From: an uncultured Acidimicrobiaceae bacterium
GTDB lineage: Bacteria; Actinomycetota; Acidimicrobiia; Acidimicrobiales; RAAP-2
Assembly: GCA_964457065.1 (NCBI GenBank)
Contig: CAYWDQ010000005.1
Span: 41 to 64,040, forward strand
DNA length: 64,000 nucleotides
Direction: 5' to 3'
Made by a program: the position numbers and the translations under genes. The notes below the pieces were generated by a model that was not told where the DNA came from, ran no database searches, and saw only the letters and a program-made list of their open reading frames with translations. Positions 45,903 to 54,453 of the stretch are shown piece by piece; position 1 is the first letter of the stretch; the number at the start of each line of letters is the position of its first letter.

Positions 45903-47614
45903 GCGCACCACCCCCTCGCCGGGGCCGGCCCCGCCTGGTCGACCCCGAGCTGGCGGCCCGGGTCCCCGGCCTGCGGCGGGTCGCGGTCGTCGCGCTGGCG
46001 GTCGGCGCGCTGAGCGCCGTCCTCGTCGTCGTCCAGGCCGTCGCCCTGGCCCACGTGGTCAGCCGCTCGCTGCTGCAGCACGCATCCCTCGGAAGCGTGC
46101 TGCCCGCCGTGGTCGTCGTCGGGCTCGCCGTCCTGGCCCGTGCCGCGCTGCACGGCGCCGGGGACCTCTCCGCCCACGGCGCCGCCGACCGCGTCGTCGC
46201 CAAGCTCCGCAGCCAGCTGCTGCACCACGCCCTCGCGCTCGGGCCGGCGTGGCTGGCCGGCGAGCGCCCCGGTGAGCTGTCCCTCACGGCGACCCGGGGG
46301 CTCCGGTCGCTGCACACCTACTTCGCGCGCTACCTCCCCCAGGCCGCCGCCGCCGCCGTCATCCCCGCCGTGCTGCTCGTCTGGGTGGCCACCCAGGACT
46401 GGCTGTCCTTCGTGGTCGTCATCGCGCTGGTGATCGCCGTGCCGCTGACGATGATCTACTTCGGGCGCGAGGCGACCAGGAGGTCAGAGCGTCAGTGGCG
46501 CCGGCTCGGCTCCCTGGCCGGACGGTTCCTACAGCTCGTCGAGGGGCTCCCGACCCTGCGTGCCTTCGTCCGCGAGGAGCAGGGTCGCCGCGAGGTGGCG
46601 GCGGCCACCGAGGGCGTGCGGACCGCAACGGTGCGCACCCTGCGGGTCGCCTTCCTCTCGGCCCTCTCCATGGACATGATCGCCGGCTTCGGGGTCGGCT
46701 TCGTGGCGATGGTCCTCGGCTTGCGCCTGCTGTGGGGGGAGCTGAGCCTGCAGACGGCCATGGCCGTGCTGCTGGTGGCCCCCGAGATCTTCATCCCCCT
46801 GCGCCGCGCCGGCGCCGAGTTCCACGCCAGCACCGAAGGGCAGGCCGCCGCCACCCGCGTCCTCCAGGTGTTGGCGACGCCGGCGCCGGCGGGATCGGCG
46901 TACGAGGAGGCCCGGCCCGCGGCACCGGCGCGGCCCGGCGCGGCGGCGCTCGACGTCGACGCGCTGCAGGTCGAGTACGAGCATCGTGACCGCCCTGCGC
47001 TCGCCTCCTTCTCTCTCCATGCCGCACCCGGCGCCAGGGTCGCGCTCACGGGGCCCTCGGGATCGGGCAAGTCGACCGTGCTGGCGGCCCTCCTGCGCCT
47101 GGTGGAGCCGGGCGCAGGAACGTTGGCGGTCGGCGGGCGCCACTCGACCGAGCAGAGCGCGGCCGAGTGGCGGCGCCATTTCTCGTGGCTGCCCCAGCGA
47201 CCGCACCTCTTCAACGCGACCATGGCGGCGAACCTGCGCCTGGGGGCGCCCGACGCCACCGACGGCGACCTCCACGACGTGCTCGGCGCTGTCGGCCTGT
47301 CCGAGCTGATGGCCAACCTGCCCGCCGGGCTGCAGACGCCTCTGGGCCACGACGGCCTCACACTGAGCTCGGGCGAGCGCCAGCGGGTGGCCCTGGCCCG
47401 CGCCCTGCTGTGCCCGGCGCCGATTCTCCTGCTGGACGAGCCGACCGCCTCGCTCGACCCGCCCACGGTGGCGCGCCTGGCACCGGCGATTCAGCCGTGG
47501 CTGGCGGGTCGCACCGTCGTGGTGGCCGCGCACGAGCCCGTGCTCCTCCCCCGCTTCGACTCCGTCGTCGCGCTCCCGGCCGCGGCCGGGCACCCTCTGG
47601 CGGTCTCGCCGTGA
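45899..47614 (+). CDS. cydD: Thiol-reductant ABC exporter subunit CydD
   Basis: Six-TM domain plus NBD: GPSGSGKST, LSSGERQRVALARAL and LLLDEPT. The GTG overlaps the upstream stop (GTGA). Confidence 0.8.
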   Translation: MSAPPPRRGRPRLVDPELAARVPGLRRVAVVALAVGALSAVLVVVQAVALAHVVSRSLLQHASLGSVLPAVVVVGLAVLARAALHGAGDLSAHGAADRVVAKLRSQLLHHALALGPAWLAGERPGELSLTATRGLRSLHTYFARYLPQAAAAAVIPAVLLVWVATQDWLSFVVVIALVIAVPLTMIYFGREATRRSERQWRRLGSLAGRFLQLVEGLPTLRAFVREEQGRREVAAATEGVRTATVRTLRVAFLSALSMDMIAGFGVGFVAMVLGLRLLWGELSLQTAMAVLLVAPEIFIPLRRAGAEFHASTEGQAAATRVLQVLATPAPAGSAYEEARPAAPARPGAAALDVDALQVEYEHRDRPALASFSLHAAPGARVALTGPSGSGKSTVLAALLRLVEPGAGTLAVGGRHSTEQSAAEWRRHFSWLPQRPHLFNATMAANLRLGAPDATDGDLHDVLGAVGLSELMANLPAGLQTPLGHDGLTLSSGERQRVALARALLCPAPILLLDEPTASLDPPTVARLAPAIQPWLAGRTVVVAAHEPVLLPRFDSVVALPAAAGHPLAVSP

Positions 47615-49287
47615 GCGGCGGCCCTCCGCGCGGCTCGCTGCGCCGGGTGCTCGCCGAGCCGGGCACCCCCTACGGCCGGCTCGCCCTGGCGGGGCTCCTC
47701 GGGCTGGCGGCAGCGGCCGCGACGATAGGGCTCCTGGCGGGGTCGGGGTACGTGGTCGGCCGCGCGGCCCTGCGGCCGGGGCTCAACGCGATCGTCGGCA
47801 TCCTGGCCGCCGTGGAGGTGCTCGCGTTCTTGCGCGGGCCCCTGCGCTACGAGGAGCGCCTGGTCGGCCACGATGCGGCCCTGCGCGCGCTCACCCGGTG
47901 GCGCGTGTGGCTGTACGACTGCCTCACCCCGCGGGTGCCGGCCGCCCTGACGGGCTGGCGCAGCGGCGACCTCTTGGCCCGCGCCATCGACGACGTCGAC
48001 TCCCTGCAGGACCTGTACCTGCGCACCCTGCTGCCGGTCGCGATCGCCGTCGGCGCGTGCGCCATCGGCACGGCCGCCGTCGGCTTCATCCTGCCCTGGG
48101 CCGCGCTGGCGCTCGGGGTCCCGCTCGCCGTCGCCCTGGGCGTCCCCGCGGTGCTCACGTGGCGGCGCAGCGGCGACGACGAGATGGCCGCGCTCGCCGG
48201 CACGCTCTCGGCCCAAGTGGTCGACGCGCTGCAGGGCGCGCCCGAGCTGCTGGCCTTCGGGGCCGACGTCGCCGCTCTCCAGGCCGTCGAGGCGCTCGGT
48301 GCCCGGACGGACACGCTCGAGCGGCACCACGCACGGCTCGCCACCGCTGCTGCGCTGGTCGTCGCCGTATGCCTGGCGGCGGCCGTCGCCCTCGTGCTCG
48401 CCCTCGGGGTCTCGGCCGTCCACGCACACCACCTGGGCCAGGTCATGGTGGCCGTGCTCCCGCTGGCCGTGCTGGCCACCTTCGAGACGGTCCCGGGCGT
48501 GCCGCTCGCCGTGGCCCGGTCGCTGACCGTGCGTGCCTCGGCCGATCGGCTCTTCGCACTCGAACGGGTGGAGGTCCCCGTGCGCGACCCCGCGCAGCCC
48601 GGATCCCTCCCGCCGGGCGTGCCGGAGGTGGCGTTCGACGATGTGACCCTGCGCTACGGGCCGGGCCTGCCCCGTGCCGTCGACGGCGTCAGCCTCCGGC
48701 TGCCGCCCGGCAGCCGGGTCGCGCTCACCGGCTCGAGCGGCGCCGGCAAGTCGAGCCTCGTCACCGCGCTCCTGCGCTTCTGGCCGCTCGAGGGCGGCAC
48801 GCTGTCGCTCGGCGGGGTCGACGTCGAGCGGCTCTCCCAGCACGACACGCGCGCCGCCTGCGCGCTGGCCGACCAGCGTGCCCAGATGTTCGCCGGCACG
48901 GTGCGCTCCAACCTCACCCTGGGGCGGCCCGATGCGAGCGAGGACGAGGTCGCCGGGGCCCTCCGGGCCGCCCGCCTCGACGGCTGGGTGGCCGCGCTGC
49001 CGGCCGGGCTCGACACCCCGGTGGGCGAGGACGGGGTGGCGCTCTCGGGCGGTGAGCGGCGCCGGCTCGCGGTCGCCCGCGCCCTGCTGGCCCCGGGCCC
49101 GCTCGTGATCCTCGACGAGCCCACGAGCGGGCTCGACCCCCACCTCGCCGACCAGCTGCTCGAGGGCGTGTTCGCCGCGGCCGGGGAGCGCAGCGTGCTG
49201 GTGATCACGCACCGTGCCGCCGAGGCCCGGCGCTGTGACGTCATGGTCGCCCTCGAGGCCGGGCGTGTCGTGCCGGCTCAGGCCTGA
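47611..49287 (+). CDS. cydC: Thiol-reductant ABC exporter subunit CydC
   Basis: LRGPLRYEERLVGHDAALRALTRWR. NBD motifs GSSGAGKSS, LSGGERRRLAVARAL and VILDEPT. The GTG overlaps the cydD stop (GTGA). Confidence 0.8.
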   Translation: MSGGPPRGSLRRVLAEPGTPYGRLALAGLLGLAAAAATIGLLAGSGYVVGRAALRPGLNAIVGILAAVEVLAFLRGPLRYEERLVGHDAALRALTRWRVWLYDCLTPRVPAALTGWRSGDLLARAIDDVDSLQDLYLRTLLPVAIAVGACAIGTAAVGFILPWAALALGVPLAVALGVPAVLTWRRSGDDEMAALAGTLSAQVVDALQGAPELLAFGADVAALQAVEALGARTDTLERHHARLATAAALVVAVCLAAAVALVLALGVSAVHAHHLGQVMVAVLPLAVLATFETVPGVPLAVARSLTVRASADRLFALERVEVPVRDPAQPGSLPPGVPEVAFDDVTLRYGPGLPRAVDGVSLRLPPGSRVALTGSSGAGKSSLVTALLRFWPLEGGTLSLGGVDVERLSQHDTRAACALADQRAQMFAGTVRSNLTLGRPDASEDEVAGALRAARLDGWVAALPAGLDTPVGEDGVALSGGERRRLAVARALLAPGPLVILDEPTSGLDPHLADQLLEGVFAAAGERSVLVITHRAAEARRCDVMVALEAGRVVPAQA

Positions 49288-50984
49288 GCGGTCCGGTCGG
49301 AACGGAAGTCGCCGGCGACCACGGGCGATCCGCCACGGCCGGACCCGCCGTGCCGGCCTGGCGGCGTTCCCGACGCCGATCCGCTCGACCCGCCCGAAGT
49401 GCACCACGCGTTCGAGGGGATGCCGGCACACGGGTCGGCCATGGTCGGCAGCCCCGCGGGCAGTGCCTGGAGGCGCACCCCCGTCTGCGTCGGGTAGTTC
49501 GAGCCGGCCGGGCACGGGAAGAGGCGGGCGTCACACTCGGCCTGCGCGACCAGCGTGCTGTCCCCGTTGGTCGTCGTGGTCGTCACGCCGCAGGTGGGCT
49601 GCAGCTGCTCCAGGTTCGCCGGAGCGCTCCCTCGTGGCGCCGTGTTGTCGGCGTAGCAATTGGACGGCAGGCCCGAGTGCAGGACGATCTGCCCGAAGTC
49701 CGCGTTGGACGGGTTGCCGAAGTAGCCGTCGTTGACGAAGGTGTTCCCCTTGAGCGCATCGCTCTCTGGCTCGAAGACACAGCCGAGGCCAGACGTCTGG
49801 AAACCGCCGTAGTTCGCGCACTTCTGGTGGAGGGACGGGGTCCCACTGTCGGGATAAGGGACGAACAGGACGCCCCAGGCGCCGTTGTTCGAGAACGTGT
49901 TGTCCATCACCGTGTCGTTCCGCCCTCCCGAGACGGTCATCCCCGTACCGATCGGGCCGGCCGCCGCATCACCAGCCTCCGGGGTGTCGCCGTTGTTGTT
50001 GTCGTGGACGTTGTTGTGGATGAACACCCAGCACGAGTGGGTGGCCGTCATGGAGCTGGTGGCCCCGTCCGGGCACGCGCCGTTCTGGGGCGGCGGCGGG
50101 TCGCCGGCGATCTGGGTGTCGGTGTCGACGCCGTCCTGGTTGTTGTCGAACTGCGAGTTCTCGATCACGACCGCGCCGCCGGAATTCGTGCCCGAGTACC
50201 CGAGGGCGTTGTTCTCCATCCAGGCGTGGTCGATCGTGACATCGCACACCTGGTGGCAGGCGCCCACGTACATGCCGGAGTCGTTCATGTTGGAGCCGTA
50301 AATCTGATTCCAGCTTGCCGGGCCCTGCGAGTTCGACGAGAAGATCCCGTACTCCGCGGCGGAGGTCTCGTCGCTGAAGAAGGACGTCGTCCCGGTGAGA
50401 TAGCTCCCCGTGTACCCGGTGAGCCCGATCTTGCCCGAGCCGTCGCCGCCGTTCCACCAGATCTCGTTCCCCGAGTCGCCGGCGCCGCCCAGGAAGTTGC
50501 AGGCGGTCAGGTTCTCGATGCTGACGTGGTCCGCCTTCCAGACGACGATCCCGTTACGACCCTGGGCCTTGTTACCGACGACGGGACCGAAGTTCTGGTA
50601 CTGCGGATCGGAGCTGCACGCGGTCGGGGCGCCGGACTTGGTCCCGTCGACGATGACGGTGTCACGGTCCATGCCGCGGATGGTCAAGTTCGACGTGCGC
50701 ACCACCACACCACCGTGGTCACCGGTCGACAACTGGCTGGCCGAGGTCACGTGCGCGTCGTCCGTCTCGTGGTAATCGCCGGGAGCGACCAGGATGTCGT
50801 CGCCCGGCTGGGCGGCGTCGACCGCGGACTGGATCGACGTGTACTGGCCTGCCATCCCGTGGTACCGGCCGACAAGCAGCACCGCAGGTGAGCTCGACGA
50901 GGAGCACGCGGCGAGCACCGACCCGGTCAGGAGGGCGGCGCCGAGGACGCCCAATCGCCGCGCGCCCATCGTCCGTCGTGCCAT
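49278..50984 (-). CDS. Right-handed parallel beta-helix repeat lipoprotein
   Basis: Lipobox LTGSVLAAC. SIQSAVDAAQPGDDILVAPGDY is followed by repeated beta-helix rungs (IVVWKADHVSIENL..., VVIENSQFDNNQDG..., VFIHNNVHDNN..., NDTVMDNTFSNN...). Confidence 0.75.
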   Translation of the reverse strand: MARRTMGARRLGVLGAALLTGSVLAACSSSSSPAVLLVGRYHGMAGQYTSIQSAVDAAQPGDDILVAPGDYHETDDAHVTSASQLSTGDHGGVVVRTSNLTIRGMDRDTVIVDGTKSGAPTACSSDPQYQNFGPVVGNKAQGRNGIVVWKADHVSIENLTACNFLGGAGDSGNEIWWNGGDGSGKIGLTGYTGSYLTGTTSFFSDETSAAEYGIFSSNSQGPASWNQIYGSNMNDSGMYVGACHQVCDVTIDHAWMENNALGYSGTNSGGAVVIENSQFDNNQDGVDTDTQIAGDPPPPQNGACPDGATSSMTATHSCWVFIHNNVHDNNNGDTPEAGDAAAGPIGTGMTVSGGRNDTVMDNTFSNNGAWGVLFVPYPDSGTPSLHQKCANYGGFQTSGLGCVFEPESDALKGNTFVNDGYFGNPSNADFGQIVLHSGLPSNCYADNTAPRGSAPANLEQLQPTCGVTTTTTNGDSTLVAQAECDARLFPCPAGSNYPTQTGVRLQALPAGLPTMADPCAGIPSNAWCTSGGSSGSASGTPPGRHGGSGRGGSPVVAGDFRSDRTAQA

Positions 50985-51084
50985 CGGCTGCTCCCCTCGA
51001 CCGTGCCACCAGGTGAGCCATACGCCCGTTTGGCACCTCTCCGGGGCAACCTACTCCTCAACCTGCCGGCGTGGGCCCGAGGTG

Positions 51085-51738
51085 TCAGGCCGGCCCGGTG
51101 GCCTCCGGCGCCTCCGCCATGCGCAACCTGACTTCCGCCACGGAAGGCGCCGGGTACCCGAACAGGCCCGGCCGCCAGCCCAAGCCGACCTTCTCGGCGC
51201 CCGGGCCGTCCTCGGTCCAGACGTGACAGGTGTTGATCAGGAAGCCGAAACCTCCCTCGCGCATCGGGTGCTCGCCGTCCCCCTTCTCGACCTCCCAGGC
51301 CCCCGAGGAGGTGATGCCCTGCACGACCACGGGCCCCATCGCCCGGGCCAGGAACTCGAGATGGCTGCAGCCGTGCTGGCGCCCGAAGCGCTCCTGGACC
51401 GCGCTGGTGTAGCCCCGCGCCACCGACAACCCGACCAGATCGTGGAAGCTCGCCTCGATGGCGGTGCATTCGGCGTGCGGGTAGGTCGTCATGTCGGCCG
51501 CCGCGTCCACGATGACCATGTCGGCGCGGCGGACCACCAGGCCCAGCTCCATGAAGTGCAGGTCGCGCGGCCCGTACGCGCCGTCGGCCCAGGGACGCTG
51601 GTCGTGCAGGGTGCCCACCACCGCGAAGTACTCGCCGCGCCGGTACACCTCCATGGAGATGGTCCGCCGGTGGACCGGGTCCTCGGCGGACCCGGGGACC
51701 GGACGCAGCGCGGCGAGCGTCGGCGGAGGCTCAGGCAC
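51085..51738 (-). CDS. Hypothetical protein, possibly DUF2889 family
   Basis: 217-aa ORF with G/C-biased third codon positions. The YPHAECT and HGCSHLE motifs recall DUF2889; the family assignment is from memory only. Confidence 0.5.
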   Translation of the reverse strand: MPEPPPTLAALRPVPGSAEDPVHRRTISMEVYRRGEYFAVVGTLHDQRPWADGAYGPRDLHFMELGLVVRRADMVIVDAAADMTTYPHAECTAIEASFHDLVGLSVARGYTSAVQERFGRQHGCSHLEFLARAMGPVVVQGITSSGAWEVEKGDGEHPMREGGFGFLINTCHVWTEDGPGAEKVGLGWRPGLFGYPAPSVAEVRLRMAEAPEATGPA

Positions 51739-52357
51739 CGGGCGATTGTGGCGCCGCGGCCCCCCGGGGCGCCAGTCCCACCTCGTTGAAGCCGTGGAGG
51801 ATGGGCGTGTCCCGGTTCCACCCGATGCGGGTCACCGACGCCGTGCGCAGGTGCAGGCGCCAGAAGAGGTCGGTGGTCCCGAGGGCCCAGGCCACCGCCG
51901 CCTTGATCGGCGTCACGTGGCTCACCACCACCACGTCACCGGCGCGGCGTCGCGCGCCGGCGCCTGGCGCAGCGAACAGCTCCTCGCAGGCCGCCGAGAC
52001 CCGCGCGTCCACCTCGGCGAGGGTCTCCCCGCCCTCGGGCCGGAAGTCGCGGTCGCTCTGCCATCGCTGCCACACCTCGGCGGGGATCCCGTGCAGGGGC
52101 CGGCATTCGAACTCGCCGTAGTCGACCTCGACCCAGCGATCGTCGACGGTCACGGGGGGCCCGAGCGCGAGGATCTCGGCCGTGTCCCGGGCCCGGCTCA
52201 GCGGGCTCGTGCGCACCTCGGCCACCGGGTCCACCAACAACGACCTCGCCGCCTCCACCTGCTGGCGCCCGGCCTGGGTCAGCTGGGCGTCGGTCCGGCC
52301 GAGCAGGAGCCCCCGTGCGTTGGCATCCGACTCCCCGTGGCGCACCAGGATCAACAC
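51731..52357 (-). CDS. Histidine phosphatase (phosphoglycerate-mutase-like) family protein
   Basis: MLILVRHGESDAN (RHG motif) and a distal VVVSHV. Confidence 0.85.
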   Translation of the reverse strand: MLILVRHGESDANARGLLLGRTDAQLTQAGRQQVEAARSLLVDPVAEVRTSPLSRARDTAEILALGPPVTVDDRWVEVDYGEFECRPLHGIPAEVWQRWQSDRDFRPEGGETLAEVDARVSAACEELFAAPGAGARRRAGDVVVVSHVTPIKAAVAWALGTTDLFWRLHLRTASVTRIGWNRDTPILHGFNEVGLAPRGAAAPQSPGA

Positions 52358-52373
52358 GGCGGTGGCACGGGGG

Positions 52374-53093
52374 TCAGGCGGGGACCAGGATGCGTCCGCA
52401 CTGCTCGCAGGTGGCGGCCTCGCCCGGAGGCAGGGACCGGATCTTCTCGACCTCGACCGAGGACAGCTCGAGGTGGCACCCGTCGCAGTGGTTCCGCACG
52501 AGGCGGGCCGCTCCCGTCCCCTTGAGACGGGTTCGTAGCGTCTCGTAGCGGTCCGACAGCCCCGTCGGGAGCAGCGCCGCCTCTGTGGCCCGTGACGTCT
52601 CGGCCGCCGCCAGCTCGGCCCTGATGTCGTCCTGGTCGTGGGCCACTTGCGCGCGGAGCTCCTCGGCCCGCGCCTCGAGCGGCGCCATCCGTTCCCGCAG
52701 CACGGCCAGCTCGGCGTCGACCCCGTCTTGCTCCAGCATCGCCACCAGCTCGAGGTCCTCGAGCTCGGCGCGGCGCTCCGTCAGGTGTCGCACCTCGTCG
52801 TTCATCGCCTGGAGGTCGCGTCCGGACGAGCTGGTGGATGCGTACATGCGCTGCTCCATGGCGCCACGGCGGCCGCTGATGCCTGCGATCTGTTCCTCGA
52901 GGTCCTTCTGGGTGGCCGCCAGCGCGGCGCGCCGCGCCGCGACCTCGGCCCGCTCGCGGTCGAGCCCGGCCAGCTCCGCCTCCACCGCGGCGAGGCCCGA
53001 CGTCTCGGCCAGCGCGTCGTGCCGATGCTGAAGCTGGGTGATGGACGTGTCGAGGTCCTGCACGGTGAGCAGGCGGGCCAGCGCGTCGGTCAC
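52374..53093 (-). CDS. Coiled-coil / C4 zinc-ribbon protein (DUF164, COG1579-like)
   Basis: Long E/A/R/L-rich coiled coil, then CDGCHLEL...CEQCGRILV. GTG 53093 overlaps the upstream stop (GTGA). Confidence 0.75.
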   Translation of the reverse strand: MTDALARLLTVQDLDTSITQLQHRHDALAETSGLAAVEAELAGLDRERAEVAARRAALAATQKDLEEQIAGISGRRGAMEQRMYASTSSSGRDLQAMNDEVRHLTERRAELEDLELVAMLEQDGVDAELAVLRERMAPLEARAEELRAQVAHDQDDIRAELAAAETSRATEAALLPTGLSDRYETLRTRLKGTGAARLVRNHCDGCHLELSSVEVEKIRSLPPGEAATCEQCGRILVPA

Positions 53094-53662
53094 GAGAGGC
53101 CCTCGTAGGCGGCCCGTGCGATGGGCAGCGCGTCGGAGAGCCCGGCGTCGGCCAGAGCGGTGGCCTCGTCCCAGCTGCACCAGCGCGCGTCGGGGCTCTC
53201 CCCCGGCGGGGGGTGCGGGTCGTCGTCCGCGCCGAGCAACAGGTAGCGCAGGTCGAGGTGGGTGTGGCCGAAGGCCGCGTCGTGGACGTCGAGGTGGACG
53301 AGGAGGGGGCCGGCGGCGGGATGCTCCACGGCGAGGCCGAGCTCCTCGGTGGCCTCACGGCGGGCGGCGGCGGCCGGGGACTCGCCGGCGTCGATGTGCC
53401 CACCGGGCTGCATCCAGATGCCCAGGCGCTTGTGGCGGTGCAGCACGGTGCCACGCCGCCCGACCACGAGGCCCGACGCGGTGACGTGGACGGGACCGGC
53501 GTGCTCGTCGCACGGTGCCCTCAGCCGGCCCAGCTCGGACAGGAAGCGCTCGCGCGCCTCCACCTCACGCGACGATGCGGGCTCATGGCCCTCGACCAGT
53601 CCCCGCAGCTCCTCCGTGGAGGCGCCCCTCGTCGGACTCCCCATCATGCGAATCCCTAGCAC
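53090..53662 (-). CDS. NUDIX hydrolase
   Basis: Nudix box GGHIDAGESPAAAARREATEELGL. Confidence 0.85.
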   Translation of the reverse strand: MLGIRMMGSPTRGASTEELRGLVEGHEPASSREVEARERFLSELGRLRAPCDEHAGPVHVTASGLVVGRRGTVLHRHKRLGIWMQPGGHIDAGESPAAAARREATEELGLAVEHPAAGPLLVHLDVHDAAFGHTHLDLRYLLLGADDDPHPPPGESPDARWCSWDEATALADAGLSDALPIARAAYEGLS

Positions 53663-54453
53663 AGGTGGCCGGTCAGCACCGTGGTGGCATGGCCGGCGAT
53701 CGTCACCCGCTCACCCCGGGGACGCACGTACAGGACGGCGCCACGCGGGGAGAGCTGGCGGGCCACCAGAGAGTCGCGCCCCAGTTCGGCGGCCCAGTAC
53801 GGCCCGGCGACGCACTGGGCCGATCCGGTGGCCGGGTCCTCGTCGATCCCGACGTTGGGGGCGAAGACCCGCAGCACGTAGTCGGCGTCCCACCCCGGTT
53901 GCGCCGGGGCGGTCAGCAGGAGGGCCTTGGCCCCGGTCGCCGCGATGGCGGCCAGGTCGGGCGCGTAGGCACGCACGGCCTCGGCCGAGGAGAGGGCGAC
54001 GAAGGTGAAGAAGGAGGTGTGCCCGACGGCGACCACCGCGCCGGGCCACTGCTCCTCCAGGGAGCCGGGCAGCGGGCCGGGCGTCACCGGGTCGGCCGGG
54101 AAGTCGAGCTCGATGCGGTCGCCCGCGAACGCGGCCCGCAGCGGGCCGCTGCGCGTGTGGAAGGTCAGCGGCACCGCGCCGTCGACGGTGCCGCCCTCGC
54201 GCAGCGCGTGGGCCGCGGCGAGCGTGGCGTGGCCGCACAGGTCGATCTCGGTGGCCGGCGAGAACCAGCGCAGCCCGAACGTGGCCGCGTCCTCGCCGGG
54301 CACCAGATAGGCCGTCTCGGCGATCCCCAGCTCGAAGGCGATCGACTGCATGCGCGCGTCGTCGAGCGGCCGCTCCAGCAGGCAGACGGCGGCGGGGTTC
54401 CCGCCGAAGGCGACGTCGCTGAAGGCGTCGACCCAGGTGATCGGGATGCTCAT
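53656..54453 (-). CDS. PhzF-family isomerase
   Basis: MSIPITWVDAFSDVAFGGNPAAVCLL...ETAYL...DLCGHATLAAAHAL...EDPATGSA. Start at ATG 54453. Confidence 0.85.
   Translation of the reverse strand: MSIPITWVDAFSDVAFGGNPAAVCLLERPLDDARMQSIAFELGIAETAYLVPGEDAATFGLRWFSPATEIDLCGHATLAAAHALREGGTVDGAVPLTFHTRSGPLRAAFAGDRIELDFPADPVTPGPLPGSLEEQWPGAVVAVGHTSFFTFVALSSAEAVRAYAPDLAAIAATGAKALLLTAPAQPGWDADYVLRVFAPNVGIDEDPATGSAQCVAGPYWAAELGRDSLVARQLSPRGAVLYVRPRGERVTIAGHATTVLTGHLC

Noticed and set aside
43554-45911. Mirror-image long ORFs (785 aa minus, 742 aa plus) covering the same 2.3 kb
   Set aside because: Only the 3' third of the minus ORF (dienelactone hydrolase, 43554..44405) carries family motifs. On the plus strand only the ORF from GTG 44430 (thiolase-like) does. 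The remaining parts are antisense read-through.
45899-49287. Reading cydDC as evidence for a cytochrome bd oxidase operon here
   Set aside because: No cydA or cydB-like ORF lies upstream or downstream in the window. The pair is instead coupled to the thiolase-like gene, so only the transporter call is made.
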